A DNA stretch of 64,000 bases, from assembly GCA_963810095.1 (NCBI GenBank), contig CAWEMM010000010.1, positions 224,001 to 288,000 on the forward strand, in the 5' to 3' direction. Source of the stretch: an uncultured Chloroflexia bacterium. Its GTDB lineage: Bacteria > Chloroflexota > Anaerolineae > CG2-30-64-16. A program made the translations under genes and the position numbers. The stretch's first letter is position 1. Each line of letters starts with the position of its first letter. Shown in pieces: positions 41,911 through 52,225 of the stretch. Under the pieces are notes generated by a model, which was given only the letters and a program-made list of their open reading frames with translations, had not been told where the DNA came from and did no database searches.

Positions 41911-42573
41911 TCAAGATGCAAACTGCTTCCAGTGGCCTTCAGAGACGACTTCGACGGTTCCATCGACGACCTTGATGGCTGTCTGTTCGTCGATGGCATA
42001 GGCCGGGATGCCGATTTTGGCGGCCCACTGCTCTGCGTCAGCCATGGTGTTTGTCGGGAAAGCGTCCAGGTGCGGGAAGATCGAGAAGTCGACGACTCCC
42101 AGGGTCCGGTCATCCGGCGCGGACGGCCACTTGACGAAGTCTGCTCCAATTCTGGGAGTCATCACCATGCTTCCAGCACTCACTCCCACCCAGACCATGT
42201 TCGTTAGCGAGGGCAGCAAATCGGTCAGCCCCGACTCCCGCATCCAGTGGCACAGATACGTCGCCTCGCCACCGTCAACCAGGAGCACGTCAGCATCTTG
42301 GACCCAGGGGACCCAGCGCTCAGCGCCGATGGTGGGCAACACGGTGAGCTCGAGGACACCGAGTGACGCCCAGCCCAAGCCGGACGGGTACAGGAACTTG
42401 GGCTCGGCGGCTATGAAGCTTCGCACTGATGCCGGACCGCACATCGGGTGACCCCATTGTGCGGTGGGGATGCAGAGGGCGTGACACTCAGCAATCGGCT
42501 TGCCCAGCAGGTCGACCAGTGCATCGTGGATGCTGGTGTTTGTAACACCTCCCGAAGTAAGAAGAAGTTTCAT
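41911..42573 (-). CDS. Peptidase E-like (S51, class I GATase fold) protein
   Basis: MKLLLTSGG, IPTA, VDGGE, GVSAG, PHLD, AIDEQTA. Confidence 0.88.
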   Translation of the reverse strand: MKLLLTSGGVTNTSIHDALVDLLGKPIAECHALCIPTAQWGHPMCGPASVRSFIAAEPKFLYPSGLGWASLGVLELTVLPTIGAERWVPWVQDADVLLVDGGEATYLCHWMRESGLTDLLPSLTNMVWVGVSAGSMVMTPRIGADFVKWPSAPDDRTLGVVDFSIFPHLDAFPTNTMADAEQWAAKIGIPAYAIDEQTAIKVVDGTVEVVSEGHWKQFAS

Positions 42574-42834
42574 GACGTCGCTCCTTGCTAATGGGATGAG
42601 GTCCGAAAAGCTCATCCAGCTCGAATTGTAAGACAATCAACGGCTCCAATAAAGAAAGAGATCCTCTATTGCTTCTCAGAAAATCCTTTCCACCCACAGA
42701 CATTATCTGGTCAGGACCTTTGGATGGGGCTTCGAGAGTAAGCTCGACGAGGTGCTGACGACGGAAGACGAGCCCTATGGGTTTCTGGACCGACAAATAT
42801 GAATGTAGTAACCGTGCGTATTCACAACCGGTTT

Positions 42835-43089
42835 GAAAGCGGCTTGCATCATGATTACGAGGCGTGGTTGGAGAAACTGGCGCCGCACGAGCCGGTGAGC
42901 GGGTACTGGCACAACCGGACGGGCGAGGACAACGCCGACGCACACATGAAGCGGCAGGTGATGGGGCGCGAAGTGGTCGTCGTAATCACAGAAGGCCGGT
43001 TGGACTTTGGCCCCTGGGAGCAGATCTTCTACGGCGAGTTCGACGGCGGCAGGCGCAAGCGGGTGTTGGTGAAGATCATCGGAGAGTAA
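42835..43089 (+). pseudogene. yjbQ: Duplicated 3' part of yjbQ (84 codons)
   Basis: Three amino-acid differences from 40766-41020; lacks the first ~55 codons. Confidence 0.88.
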
Positions 43090-43127
43090 GGGAAAGGGAC
43101 CCGGCAGCCAGCCGGGTCCCGCGACAT

Positions 43128-44516
43128 CTACAGCTTGATGACGCCCAGCCCGCTCAGCAGCACCACGAACACCAGCACCGGCGTCACGAACTTCACGAGC
43201 GCCAGGAATAGCCCGATGAATCGCTGATTCGCCAGCGCACCGTCGTTGGACAGCGTCGCGACCGCGTCTGCCCGCGCCCAGCGCCAGCCCACAAACAGGC
43301 AAATAAACAGCCCGCCGACGGGCAGCATGAGATTCGACGTTGCAAAGTCGTAGACGTCGAACATCGTCTTGCCGAACGGCTTGAAGTTCGCAAGCGTGCT
43401 GCCCGAGAGGGCCGCCAACGCCCCAAACCCTGCCAAAATGACCGTAGTCACTATTGTGGCTACTTTCCGTGACCAGCCCAGCCGCTCATTCACCAGCGCC
43501 ACGGGCACTTCGAGCAGCGAGAGCATGGCGCCGGTCGCTGCAATCGCCGCCAGAACGAAGAACAAAAACATGAACGGCAGGCCCAATGGCATCGAGTTGA
43601 AGACCGCGGGGATCGTGATGAACAGCAGCGACGGCCCCGCGTCCGGCTTGAAGCCGAACGAGAACACGACCGGGAAGATGGCGATACCGGCCAGTACCGA
43701 AACGAGAACGTCGCCGAGCATCACGCGGACCGCGGTCGTAGGGATATTTTGATCCTCGCGGTAGTAGCTGCCGTAGGTGATCATCGTGCCCATGCCGACC
43801 GACAGCTTGAAGAACGACAGACCCATGGCGGCCAGGACGGTGCCCCAGGTGACCTTGCTGAAGTCAGGCCGGAAGAGGAACTCGAGGCCGGCCCGGGCGC
43901 CGGGCAACGTGAGGCTGCGCACGATCGCGATCAGCAGGATGGCAAACAGCACCGGCATGAGAGTCTTGGTGATCCGCTCGATGCCTTTCGAGACGCCGGC
44001 AATAATGATGATGGCGATAAAGGCGAGCACCACCCACTGCCACACGAGCGACTGCACCGGGTTGGTCGTGAGGTCGGTGAACACCTGCCCGATTACGTTC
44101 GGGTCGGTGCTGTTAAGGCCGCCAAAGAGGGTTTTGAAGATGTACGCAAACACCCACGCGGCCACCTCCGTGTAGAAGGCGAGGATCAGGAACGCGGCGA
44201 GCGCGCCCATGGCCCCCACCAGCCACCACGGCTCCTGGCGTCCGCTGGCATTGCGGGGCGCCAGCTTCTGAAACGTGGTCACCGCGTCGGCCCGGGCCCG
44301 GCGACCCAATGCCAGCTCCGCGATCATCACCGGCAGGCCGACCAGCAGCGTACAACCCAGATAAACGATGATGAACGCCGCGCCGCCATTGAGGCCGGTG
44401 AGCGTCGGAAACTTCCATATGTTGCCCAAGCCTATGGCAGAGCCGAGCGTGGCGGCAATCACCCCGAGCCCGGTGGCAAAACCGTCGCGGGGCTTTGTGA
44501 CAAGAGACTGCTTCAT
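43128..44516 (-). CDS. NSS/SNF family sodium-dependent transporter
   Basis: GSAIGLGNIWKFP, GGAAF, GIER, FFKLSVG, ITYGSY. Confidence 0.95.
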   Translation of the reverse strand: MKQSLVTKPRDGFATGLGVIAATLGSAIGLGNIWKFPTLTGLNGGAAFIIVYLGCTLLVGLPVMIAELALGRRARADAVTTFQKLAPRNASGRQEPWWLVGAMGALAAFLILAFYTEVAAWVFAYIFKTLFGGLNSTDPNVIGQVFTDLTTNPVQSLVWQWVVLAFIAIIIIAGVSKGIERITKTLMPVLFAILLIAIVRSLTLPGARAGLEFLFRPDFSKVTWGTVLAAMGLSFFKLSVGMGTMITYGSYYREDQNIPTTAVRVMLGDVLVSVLAGIAIFPVVFSFGFKPDAGPSLLFITIPAVFNSMPLGLPFMFLFFVLAAIAATGAMLSLLEVPVALVNERLGWSRKVATIVTTVILAGFGALAALSGSTLANFKPFGKTMFDVYDFATSNLMLPVGGLFICLFVGWRWARADAVATLSNDGALANQRFIGLFLALVKFVTPVLVFVVLLSGLGVIKL

Positions 44517-44715
44517 GAGGCCTCCGAAAATGTGTCACGCGGACCGCGACGCTGCGTTGACCGCAAGGTGTCGGGCTCCCTAAGTGCCTGAACCCCAAAC
44601 CCGGCTATCCTACTCTCCGTGCCGGTTCGTGTCAAATTGCACAGAAAGAACGGCGATTTCTTTGACTTTCGCACCTTTTTCACCTATAATCTTACAGGTT
44701 GTGTACGAGGTGAGG

Positions 44716-46026
44716 ATGAGAGGATGGTTGGATCGGAATAGCCAGTGGAAGTGGTTACGACCCGGGATGGGCGTCAAGCGCTGGCTGGTCCTGCTCGTCG
44801 TCGGCCTCGTGTTGCTCGCGTTCGCGGTCGCCGCTTTGCCGAGGATGTCGGCGGTTTGGGCGCAGGTGCAGCGACTGCACGTGGGCCAGGTCGATCCTGT
44901 CGCCGAGATGGTGCTCTTTGGCGTCGCGGGCCTGGTGCTTGTCGCGTTGGCAATCTTCGGGCTTAACCGCACGCTGGTTTCGGCCTTCCGCCGCAGCAAT
45001 CAGACCGAGGTGGCCGAGGTGGTGTACCGCCACCGGCAGCGCCAACGTGGGCCGAAGGTGGTTGCGATCGGCGGCGGGCACGGGCTGAACACCTTGCTCC
45101 GCGGCCTGAAACAGCATACCGATAACATCACTGCCATCGTCACCGTCGCCGATGACGGCGGCTCCAGCGGGCGGCTGCGCCGCGACCTGGGCATGCTGCC
45201 CCCCGGCGATTTCCGCAACTGCCTGGCCGCGCTCTCCGAGTCGGAAGGGCTGGTTTCGCAGCTGTTCCAGTATCGTTTCGGCGAGGATACCGATCTCGAC
45301 GGCCACAGCTTTGGCAACCTGTACCTGACCGCAATGACCGCGATTACGGGGAGCTTCGAAGCTGCGCTCGAAGAGTCGAGCCGGGTGCTGGCGGTGCGCG
45401 GCCGGGTCATTCCGTCGACGCTTGCCCAGGTGACCCTGGCGGCCGAAGTGCTGGAAGCGGCGGGTGTGGGGGGCGCGGGCCGGCCCACGCTCACGCACGT
45501 TCGCGGCGAGTCGAACATCGGTCACGCTGCGGGACGCATCCAGCGGGTGTACCTGCTGCCCGAGGACCCGCCCGCGTATCCGGAGGCGATCCGGGCGGTG
45601 TTGGATGCGGATTTGATCGTGATCGGACCGGGCAGCCTGTATACGAGTGTGCTGCCCAACCTGCTTGTGCCAGACCTGTGCGCGGCGCTCGAGTCGGCGC
45701 AGGCCCTTAGAGTCTATGTGTGCAACGTCGCCACCCAGGCGGGCGAGACGGCCGGTTATGATGTCATGGACCACGTCGATGCCCTTACAAGCCATGTCGG
45801 TCGCGGCGTCTTTTCTGTTGTCCTGGCCAACGGGAACCTGATCCCCGGCAGGAGCTTGGGGGGCGGCGCCGAATGGGTGCGGCCGCCAGAGCGCGGTGCT
45901 GCGCAGCGGGAGACGCAGGGCTACCGGCTGATGTTGGCCGACCTGGTCGATGCGGAGTATCCCTGGCGCCATGACGACACCAAGCTGGCACACGCGCTCA
46001 TGTCGCTGGTCGGCGACGTGCATTAG
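44716..46026 (+). CDS. YvcK/GlmR gluconeogenesis factor with N-terminal TMs
   Basis: IGGGHG, VADDGGSSG, PPGDFRNC, GHSFGNL, GPGSLYTS. Confidence 0.93.
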   Translation: MRGWLDRNSQWKWLRPGMGVKRWLVLLVVGLVLLAFAVAALPRMSAVWAQVQRLHVGQVDPVAEMVLFGVAGLVLVALAIFGLNRTLVSAFRRSNQTEVAEVVYRHRQRQRGPKVVAIGGGHGLNTLLRGLKQHTDNITAIVTVADDGGSSGRLRRDLGMLPPGDFRNCLAALSESEGLVSQLFQYRFGEDTDLDGHSFGNLYLTAMTAITGSFEAALEESSRVLAVRGRVIPSTLAQVTLAAEVLEAAGVGGAGRPTLTHVRGESNIGHAAGRIQRVYLLPEDPPAYPEAIRAVLDADLIVIGPGSLYTSVLPNLLVPDLCAALESAQALRVYVCNVATQAGETAGYDVMDHVDALTSHVGRGVFSVVLANGNLIPGRSLGGGAEWVRPPERGAAQRETQGYRLMLADLVDAEYPWRHDDTKLAHALMSLVGDVH

Positions 46027-46041
46027 GAGAAAACGGCTGTT

Positions 46042-46611
46042 ATGACCACATCCGAGCCGTCTGGACGCCTCTTCCATACCCTCTATCATGTGGCGCGCAC
46101 CGTTAACTCTTCTCTGGATATCATGCAAGTCCTGCAAACGATCGTCGCATCGACCGCCGAGGCCCTCGACGCCCGTGCCTGCTCGTTGCGTTTGCTCGGG
46201 CCGGACGGCAAACACCTGATGTTCGGCGCGGCGTACGGGCTGAGTGCGGCCTACCGGGCGAAGGGGCCGGTCATGCTCGCGCACAGCGAGGTCGATGCGC
46301 TGGCGCTGCAGAGCAACCGGACGGTCTTGGTGGAGGACGCCCGCAGCGATGCTCGCTTTCAATACCCGGAAGATGCGCGCGAGGAGGGCATCGTTTCGGT
46401 CCTCGTGACCCCACTGCGGGTGCAGGACCGGCCGATCGGCGTCTTGCGCATCTATACGTCGACCTCGCGCAGCTTTCAAAACGAAGAGCGCGAGCTGGCG
46501 GAGGCCATCGCCAGCCTCAGCGCGGTGGCGATCGAGAATGGGCGCCTCTACGAACGGTTGAACCGAGATTACCAGGCCGCCGTCGCATTCGATCAAAGGG
46601 AGTTCGACTAA
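46042..46611 (+). CDS. Standalone GAF domain protein
   Basis: SSLD..QVL..IV, D.RF, SVLVTPL, IGVL, AVAIENGRLY. Confidence 0.88.
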   Translation: MTTSEPSGRLFHTLYHVARTVNSSLDIMQVLQTIVASTAEALDARACSLRLLGPDGKHLMFGAAYGLSAAYRAKGPVMLAHSEVDALALQSNRTVLVEDARSDARFQYPEDAREEGIVSVLVTPLRVQDRPIGVLRIYTSTSRSFQNEERELAEAIASLSAVAIENGRLYERLNRDYQAAVAFDQREFD

Positions 46612-46704
46612 GCCGGATCCAGGAGTGCAATCGGCGCTGGCGCACGGCGCGAGCGCTGGCATATCGCATTGTGACCGAAGTATTCCATTAAGGAGAGTGT
46701 TTCC

Positions 46705-47763
46705 ATGACAGTTCGTGTTGGCATCAACGGCTTTGGCCGCATCGGGCGGCAGGTTCTAAAGGCGATTCGCGACTACCACGGGTCGGAGCTCGAGGTGGTG
46801 GCGTTCAACGACATCGGCGACCTGAAGACGATGGCGCACTTGCTGAAGTACGACAGCAACTACGGCCGCTTCGACGGCACGGTCGAGGTGCAGGACGATG
46901 CGCTGCTGATCGACGGCAAGCCGGTCAAGGCATTCAAAGAAACCGATCCGGGCAAGATCCCGTGGGGCGACCTGGGCGTTTCGATCGTTATCGAGTCCAC
47001 CGGGCTCTTCACGATCAAGGAAGACGGCGTCAACAAGAAGGGCAAGGTTGTGCAGGGTGCCGTTAATCACATCACCCGCGGCGGCGCCAAGAAGGTCATC
47101 ATTTCCGCTCCGTCCGAGGGCGAAGACCTGACCATCGTCATGGGCGTCAACGAAGATAAGTACGACCCCGCGGTGCACCACGTCGTTTCGAACGCGTCAT
47201 GCACCACCAACTGCCTCGCGCCCGCCGCCAAGATCGTGAACGATAACTACGGCATCGTGCGTGCCCTGATGACGACCATCCACGCCTACACGAACGACCA
47301 GAAGATCCTGGACCTGCCCCACAGCGACTTGCGCCGGGCGCGCGCGGCCGCGATGAGCATCATCCCGACGACCACCGGCGCCGCAAAGGCCGTTTCGTTG
47401 GTCATCCCCGAGCTGAAGGGCAAGTTCGACGGCTACGCACTGCGCGTGCCGACTTCGACCGTCTCGGTCGTGGACTTCACCGCGCAGATCGAGAAGCCCA
47501 CGAACACGGAAGCGCTGCGCCAGGCCTTCCGCGATGCAGCCGCCACCCCGCGCCTGAAGGGCATCCTGGCCGCGGTCGACGAGCCGCTGGTCTCAATCGA
47601 CTACAAGGGCGATCCGCACAGCTCGTCCGTCGATCTGCCGTTCACCTCGGTGCTGGGCAAGGGCGACAACGACTTCATCAAGGTCGTTACCTGGTACGAC
47701 AATGAGTGGGGTTACAGCGCCCGCACGTCCGACCTGGCCGCCTTGATGGCAAAGAGCCTCTAA
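46705..47763 (+). CDS. gap: Glyceraldehyde-3-phosphate dehydrogenase
   Basis: [26 protein letters not shown]. Confidence 0.98.
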   Translation: MTVRVGINGFGRIGRQVLKAIRDYHGSELEVVAFNDIGDLKTMAHLLKYDSNYGRFDGTVEVQDDALLIDGKPVKAFKETDPGKIPWGDLGVSIVIESTGLFTIKEDGVNKKGKVVQGAVNHITRGGAKKVIISAPSEGEDLTIVMGVNEDKYDPAVHHVVSNASCTTNCLAPAAKIVNDNYGIVRALMTTIHAYTNDQKILDLPHSDLRRARAAAMSIIPTTTGAAKAVSLVIPELKGKFDGYALRVPTSTVSVVDFTAQIEKPTNTEALRQAFRDAAATPRLKGILAAVDEPLVSIDYKGDPHSSSVDLPFTSVLGKGDNDFIKVVTWYDNEWGYSARTSDLAALMAKSL

Positions 47764-47772
47764 GATTCATTC

Positions 47773-47802
47773 ATGTCGGGGCAACTGAGGTTGCCCCGAC
47801 AT
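47773..47802. repeat. Perfect palindrome between gap and pgk
   Basis: ATGTCGGGGCAAC-TGAG-GTTGCCCCGACAT. Confidence 0.6.
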
Positions 47803-47817
47803 AGAAAGCAATTCGCC

Positions 47818-48990
47818 ATGAACAAGAAGACTGTTCGCGATGTCGACCTGAAGGGTAAGCGCGTGCTGATGCGCGTGGACTTCAACGTGCCCATGCAGGG
47901 CGGCGTCGTCACCGACGACAAGCGCATCCGTGCGGCCCTGCCCACCATCCAGTACGTGCTGGACCAGGGCGCGTCGCTCATCCTGATGAGCCACCTGGGC
48001 CGGCCGAAGGGTGGGCCCGATCCGGAATTCAGCCTCAAGGCCGCCGCCGAGGCGCTGGGCAAGCTGATCGGCAAAGAGGTCCACATGGCCCCCGCGGTCG
48101 TTGGCCCCGAGGTCGAGGCGATGGCCGCGAGCCTCCAGCCGGGCGACGTGATGATGCTCGAGAACACCCGCTTCGAAAAGGGCGAGGAGAAGAACGACCT
48201 CGACCTGGCCCAGAAGCTGGCGAAGCTGGGCGATATCTACGTCGACGACGCGTTCGGCTCGGCGCACCGCGCGCACTCCTCCACCGAGGGCGTCGCGCGC
48301 TACCTGCCCGCGGTGTCCGGCTTCCTGATGGAACAGGAACTGGAATACCTGGGCCGGGCGACGGGGAACCCGGAACGGCCGTACGTGGCCATCCTGGGCG
48401 GCGCGAAGATCAGCGACAAGATCCTGGTGGTCGAGAACCTGCTGGCGAAGTGCGACAAGCTCCTGATCGGCGGCGGCATGGCGAACACCTTCCTCAAAGC
48501 CAAGGGCTATGACATGGCCGACAGCCTGGTCGAGGAGAGCTCGGTCGAAATGGCGGGCCAGATCATGGGGAAGGCCGGCGACAAGCTCGTGTTGCCCGTC
48601 GACGCGGTGATTGCGGATAAGTTCGACGCCGAGGCGAATAGCCAGGTCGTGGACGTGGACAAGGTGCCCGCAGGCTGGCGCATCATGGACATCGGCCCGA
48701 AGACGGTCGAACTGTACGGCGAGATCCTCAAAACCGCCAAGCTGGTGGTCTGGAACGGCCCGATGGGCGTGTTCGAGATGCCAAAGTTCGCCGAAGGGAC
48801 GTTTGCCGTTGCGCGGCTCCTGGCGGATTCGGGCGCGACGACCGTCATCGGCGGCGGCGACAGCGCGAGCGCGGTGAAGAAGGCCGGCGTCGCCAAGAAG
48901 ATGACGCATGTCTCTACCGGCGGCGGTGCGTCCCTCGAGTTCCTTGAAGGCAAGGAACTGCCGGGCGTGGCTGCGCTGAACGACAAGTAG
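47818..48990 (+). CDS. pgk: Phosphoglycerate kinase
   Basis: [35 protein letters not shown]. Confidence 0.98.
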   Translation: MNKKTVRDVDLKGKRVLMRVDFNVPMQGGVVTDDKRIRAALPTIQYVLDQGASLILMSHLGRPKGGPDPEFSLKAAAEALGKLIGKEVHMAPAVVGPEVEAMAASLQPGDVMMLENTRFEKGEEKNDLDLAQKLAKLGDIYVDDAFGSAHRAHSSTEGVARYLPAVSGFLMEQELEYLGRATGNPERPYVAILGGAKISDKILVVENLLAKCDKLLIGGGMANTFLKAKGYDMADSLVEESSVEMAGQIMGKAGDKLVLPVDAVIADKFDAEANSQVVDVDKVPAGWRIMDIGPKTVELYGEILKTAKLVVWNGPMGVFEMPKFAEGTFAVARLLADSGATTVIGGGDSASAVKKAGVAKKMTHVSTGGGASLEFLEGKELPGVAALNDK

Positions 48991-49118
48991 GGCTTAGCCT
49001 ACAGGCCTAAAAGCGACGAACGATGATACAATGCCCGCTGCGACCCACGGTTCCAGCGGGCGTTTGTTGCCGGCCGGTAACAAGAAACCTGGTTTCTGAG
49101 CGCGAGAGGAGCAGCGGC

Positions 49119-49520
49119 ATGGGCTTTCTCGATGGCCTGAAAAAGGCGCTCGGTGGTAGCAAGCCGTCGCTGGCGAGCGGCGGCGGGAGCAACAGCTTCG
49201 GCGACGAGAGTTGGGCCTACTGGGTCCACGCGCAGTGCCGGCGCTGCGGCGAGCCGCTGCGCGCGCGGGTCGACCTGCGCAATGATCCGAGCGAACAGGA
49301 CGACGGCACTTGGATCGTGCGGAAGGGACTCACCGGCAGCGGAAAATACTTCTGTTTCCAAACTGTCGAAGTCACGCTGCACTTCGACCACGCCAAGAAA
49401 ACCGTGCTCGACAGCGACGCGGCGGGCGGCAAGCTCATCACCGCGGAAGAGTATCCCGCGCTCCTCCAACAGTGGCAGGCCGAGCAGGAGCGCTTGGCTG
49501 GCGAGCGCGCTCAACAGTGA
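49119..49520 (+). CDS. Hypothetical protein with CxxC, between pgk and tpiA
   Basis: GAGGAG RBS; QCRRCGEPL and a later Cys (FCF). Confidence 0.75.
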   Translation: MGFLDGLKKALGGSKPSLASGGGSNSFGDESWAYWVHAQCRRCGEPLRARVDLRNDPSEQDDGTWIVRKGLTGSGKYFCFQTVEVTLHFDHAKKTVLDSDAAGGKLITAEEYPALLQQWQAEQERLAGERAQQ

Positions 49521-49527
49521 GTTACGT

Positions 49528-49601
49528 CACCGCGAAGAACCAAAGCACCGAAGGTTCACAAAGTCTTTGTGAACCTTCGTGTCCTTTGAGTCTTTGTGGT
49601 T
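49528..49601. repeat. Inverted repeat of roughly 9-bp units, same family as 8055-8129
   Basis: CACCGCGAAG...CACAAAG / CTTTGTG...CTTTGTGGT. Confidence 0.65.
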
Positions 49602-49628
49602 AGCCCTGCTTACGATTAGGAGTCACTC

Positions 49629-50411
49629 ATGCGTAAACCCATCCTGGCGGGCAACTGGAAGATGAACAAGACACCGGCAGAGGCCGTGGAGTTCGTGCGG
49701 GCGTTGCGGCCGCTGGTCTCCAAGTACGAGAACGTGGAGACCGTCGTGTGCGTCCCGTTCGTGGCGCTGCCGGGCGTGGCCGATGCACTGGGCGGGGGCG
49801 GCGCAGGCCGCGCCGGCAAAGTCGGCGTCGGAGCGCAGAATATGCACTGGGCCGACAGCGGCGCGTACACAGGCGAGGTCTCGGCCTCCATGCTGAAGGG
49901 TCTGGCCGAGTACGTCATCATCGGCCATTCCGAGCGCCGCGAGTATTTCAACGAGACCGACGATACCGTGAACAAGAAGCTCAAGGCCGCGTTGGCGCAC
50001 GACCTGACGCCCATCGTGTGCGTGGGCGAGCGGCTCGATCAGCGCGAGCGCGGGGAGACGGATGGATTCGTCGGCGGCCAGGTGCGGGCGGCCTTCGCCG
50101 GCCTGTCGGCCGAGGACGCGGTCAAGGTCGTCGTGGCCTATGAGCCGATCTGGGCCATCGGCACGGGCAAGACCGCGACGTCGGCCGAGGCGAACCGCAT
50201 GTGCGGCATCGTGGTCCGCGGCGCCCTGGCCGACCTGTACGGCGAGCAGACGGCGCAGGCAATCCGCATCCAGTACGGCGGCAGCGCGAACGAGAAGAAC
50301 ATCGGCGAACTGATGAGCATGCCCGACATCGACGGCGCGCTTATCGGCGGCGCCAGCCTGAAGCTCGACGGCTTCTCCGACATGGTCCGGGTTACGTCTC
50401 AGGCGCGTTGA
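49629..50411 (+). CDS. tpiA: Triosephosphate isomerase
   Basis: [32 protein letters not shown]. Confidence 0.98.
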   Translation: MRKPILAGNWKMNKTPAEAVEFVRALRPLVSKYENVETVVCVPFVALPGVADALGGGGAGRAGKVGVGAQNMHWADSGAYTGEVSASMLKGLAEYVIIGHSERREYFNETDDTVNKKLKAALAHDLTPIVCVGERLDQRERGETDGFVGGQVRAAFAGLSAEDAVKVVVAYEPIWAIGTGKTATSAEANRMCGIVVRGALADLYGEQTAQAIRIQYGGSANEKNIGELMSMPDIDGALIGGASLKLDGFSDMVRVTSQAR

Positions 50412-50425
50412 CGGGCCTTCGAAGT

Positions 50426-50511
50426 GCACACAGATTCGACTGATCGGACTGATTGTCATGATTTTTCCAGGCGATCAAGTAGCCCAGTTCGATCAGCCTG
50501 ATCTGCGTCCC
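50426..50511. repeat. Inverted repeat of 9-bp ACTGAT units, same family as 17352-17449
   Basis: CACAGAT-TCGACTGAT-CGGACTGAT ... ATCAG..ATCTGCGTCC. Confidence 0.55.
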
Positions 50512-50543
50512 ATTCCAACCTTGCCTGCCGCGACCCTGGTTCG

Positions 50544-51322
50544 TTGTCGTTAACCTCTGTCCCTACTCTCACAGTTCTTCGCCTTCGCCGTCACCCTGGT
50601 CGCCCTGATCCAGTTGGGCCGCTGGGTCACGCGCCAGGTGCAGACCATCGGCTGGCTGCTGACGGGCAACGCCAGACGCGACGATGATCGCGTACTACCT
50701 GCTGATGTTCCCCGGCATCCTGCTCCACGAGGTCAGCCACTACGTCACGGCACGGCTGCTGGGCATCAAGGTGACCGACTTCAGCCTGGGCCCACGGCGG
50801 CGCAAGAACTCCAATACGGTCGAGCTCGGCTCGGTCAGCGTGTACTCGGGCGGCACGATCCGCGACAGCCTGGTGGGTATTGCACCCTTCATCGCGGGCA
50901 CGGCCGTCCTGCTGCTGGTCAGCTACAGCGTCTTCGACGTCGAAGCGCTGGGCCGGGTGTGGGCCGCCCAGGGCTGGAGCGGGTTCTTCAAGACCGTCGC
51001 GCTGCTGCCGCAAACCCCTGACTTCTGGTTGTGGCTGTACGTGATCTTTGCGGTTTCGAACGCCATGATGCCGAGCGCGGCAGACCGCCAGCCATGGCTG
51101 TTGGCGGGCATATATGTGGCGGGTGTGGTCGTCCTGGCGTGGGTCGTGGGGCTGCTCGGCTATCTGACCGACGCCATCTGGAACAACCTGCTGGGCGCGC
51201 TCCAGGTGCTCACACTGGCGTTCCTGTTCACCGTGATCGTGAACGTGGTGATCGGTTCGGTGCTGTGGGCGGTCGCGACGATCCTGCTGCGCCTCAGCGA
51301 GGCGCAGGGCAGCGGCGATTGA
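50544..51322 (+). CDS. Membrane protein with HExxH, M50-like metalloprotease (5' end frameshifted, start approximate)
   Basis: PGILLHEVSH, GIAP, MMPSAAD, several TMs. Confidence 0.7.
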
Positions 51323-51351
51323 TCGTCGCCAAAGGACACGAGGTGTCAGCT

Positions 51352-51856
51352 ATGTTTCGCGACATGCGCAGAACGAAGCAGTTGCTGCCGGCTGAGGAGG
51401 CCGAAGACATCCTGCGGCAAGCCAGTGCTGGCGTACTGGCCGTCAGCGGCGACGACGACTATCCCTATGCGGTCCCGTTGAGTTATGCCTACGCGGACGG
51501 CAAGCTCTATTTTCACCTGGCGACCAGCGGCCACAAGCTGGACGGCATCCGGCGTAACGAGAAGGTGTCCTTCTGCGTGATCGCCCAGGACGAGGTCGTG
51601 CGCCGAGCGGTTTGCGACGGATTACCGGAGCGTCATCGCGTTTGGGCGGGCCCGCGTCGTCGCCGAAGATGCGCGTCGAAGCGGCATGCGCTCGAACTCC
51701 TGGCGCGCAAATACTCGCCAGGGCTCGAGCAGGAAGGCGCGGCGGAGATCGAGAAGGACTGGGACCGGACGGTCGGTCGTTGAAGTGACGATCGAGCATC
51801 TCTCGGGGAAAGAGGGGCTGGGGTTAGCACAGGAAAGAGGGCGCTCGGCGGGTTAA
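51352..51856 (+). CDS. Pyridoxamine 5'-phosphate oxidase-like (Nim-type) flavin-binding protein, multiply frameshifted
   Basis: MFRDMRR.KQ, YPYAVPLSY, GHKLD...N.KVSFCV; YRSVIAFG and IEHLSGK in other frames. Confidence 0.8.
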
Positions 51857-51944
51857 AAGCGAAGACCGGGCAGGCGCATGGCGCCGGTTGCCCGGTCCCC
51901 TCCGCTCGAAGCGGCGAAATAAGCAGCCTAGAACTTGGGGGTTC

Positions 51945-52142
51945 TTAGATCGTGTAGCACTTGCGGTGGTAGATCACCTGGTGCGAGCGCGGCTTGCCGT
52001 TTTCCATTTCCATGACCTTGACCATTAGCAGGTCGCCGAAGCTGACGTCCAGGTTGCACTTGTTGCACTTGTGCCCGGTCAGGGCCTTGCGGCGCTTCTC
52101 AAGGGTGGCGGTGTCCGCACCCATCTTAGTTGCTTGAGCCAT
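51945..52142 (-). CDS. Small putative zinc-finger protein
   Basis: GAGGGAG RBS; CNKC...HRKC; GC3-rich codons. Confidence 0.7.
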   Translation of the reverse strand: MAQATKMGADTATLEKRRKALTGHKCNKCNLDVSFGDLLMVKVMEMENGKPRSHQVIYHRKCYTI

Positions 52143-52225
52143 CGTAGTCTCCCTCTTCAAACAACTCGGCGCCGCCTGGCGCCGAGACATTTCTCTGGCT
52201 TATTATCGCCAGATGCGGCAGAATG

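Larger units (their letters stand above)
40802..42890. mobile_element. Putative decayed island inserted in yjbQ
   Basis: Bounded by the identical 20-mer GAGAAACTGGCGCCGCACGA inside a duplicated yjbQ 3' half; AT-richer remnants inside; no integrase. Confidence 0.5.

Noticed and set aside
51352-51856. Nitroimidazole resistance gene
   Set aside because: The fold family is broad; motif similarity alone does not show resistance
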